64,000 bases of DNA from Azolla caroliniana (lineage: Eukaryota > Plantae > Polypodiophyta), in the NCBI GenBank assembly GCA_043228905.1, contig JBHGNT010000021.1, positions 6,944,001 to 7,008,000 on the forward strand, read 5' to 3'. The position numbers and the translations under genes are program-made. The notes beneath the pieces were generated by a model, which was not told where the DNA came from, did not search any database, and saw nothing but the letters and a program-made list of their open reading frames with translations. Position 1 is the stretch's first letter. Every line of letters begins with the position of its first letter. Of the stretch, positions 63,525-64,000 are shown piece by piece.

Positions 63525-63924
63525 CGAGTGTCAGAATCCTAGTGTTGGGTGCATTTGTAGCTGGTTCACGAGATCTGCCTTTCAATTTGCAAGGTTACAC
63601 GGTGGTTCTACTATCAAATTTGCAAGGTAAAACAAGTGGGCTCAACAGTCTTGGTCTACTTGGTGTAATGGTATGATTTGTGGACCCATATTGGCAGTAC
63701 GGGCAATTTTAAATGAAGATTCAGAGAGAACCATGAATTTTCTTCGAGTGTCTGAAACAGGGTTTCAACTTGTTGTGTTGGCTTCATGTATTTTGACATT
63801 CTTCTTGAATTATACAATCTTTTTGAAGACAACACTTAACTCTCCCTTAACTCAAACAATTTGTGGGAATCTAAAGGACTTCTTTACTGTTGTATTTGGG
63901 ACTATATGCATCTTGCAAGCTTAA
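63525..63924 (+). pseudogene. Intronless fragment of a nucleotide-sugar transporter (UGNT1/SLC35D-like)
   Basis: LGAFVAGSRDLPFNLQGY...GKTSGLNS...ICGPIL...SCILTFFLNYTIFLKTTLNSPLTQTICGNLKDFFTV; internal deletion and frameshift. Confidence 0.8.
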
Positions 63925-64000
63925 AGGAAAGTGAATAATACAAAGGTACTAATTGATGATAGAGGTGAGGAATGGAAATTTTGGTGGAAAAGAGAAATAC

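Overview
Land-plant nuclear DNA, probably a fern or other non-seed plant (inferred from the PLS-type PPR remnants and transposon types). The left 38 kb is AT-rich and holds four host genes: (1) an hnRNP F/H-like quasi-RRM gene on the minus strand, with a 6.2-kb TE-filled first intron and an apparent +1 frameshift; (2) a six-exon MTH1/NUDT1-type Nudix hydrolase; (3) an intronless RR-type tandem CCCH zinc-finger gene; (4) an 11-exon coiled-coil protein gene. Decayed LINE, gypsy and copia fragments and microsatellites lie between them. 38.4-61.9 kb is a five-element LTR-retrotransposon nest. A tRNA-Trp-primed gypsy-like host (X) carries a young Copia (B, TSD ATTTC). B carries a young Ty3/gypsy element (C, TSD TCACA) with three Gag zinc knuckles, no visible PPT and an intact ~1000-codon extra 3' ORF. 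X also carries an LTR fragment (D) that hosts a second Copia (A); A and B have near-identical pol but very different capsids. The window ends with a LINE 3' end, PPR debris and an intronless nucleotide-sugar-transporter fragment. All exon models and identities were derived by eye; no searches were run.
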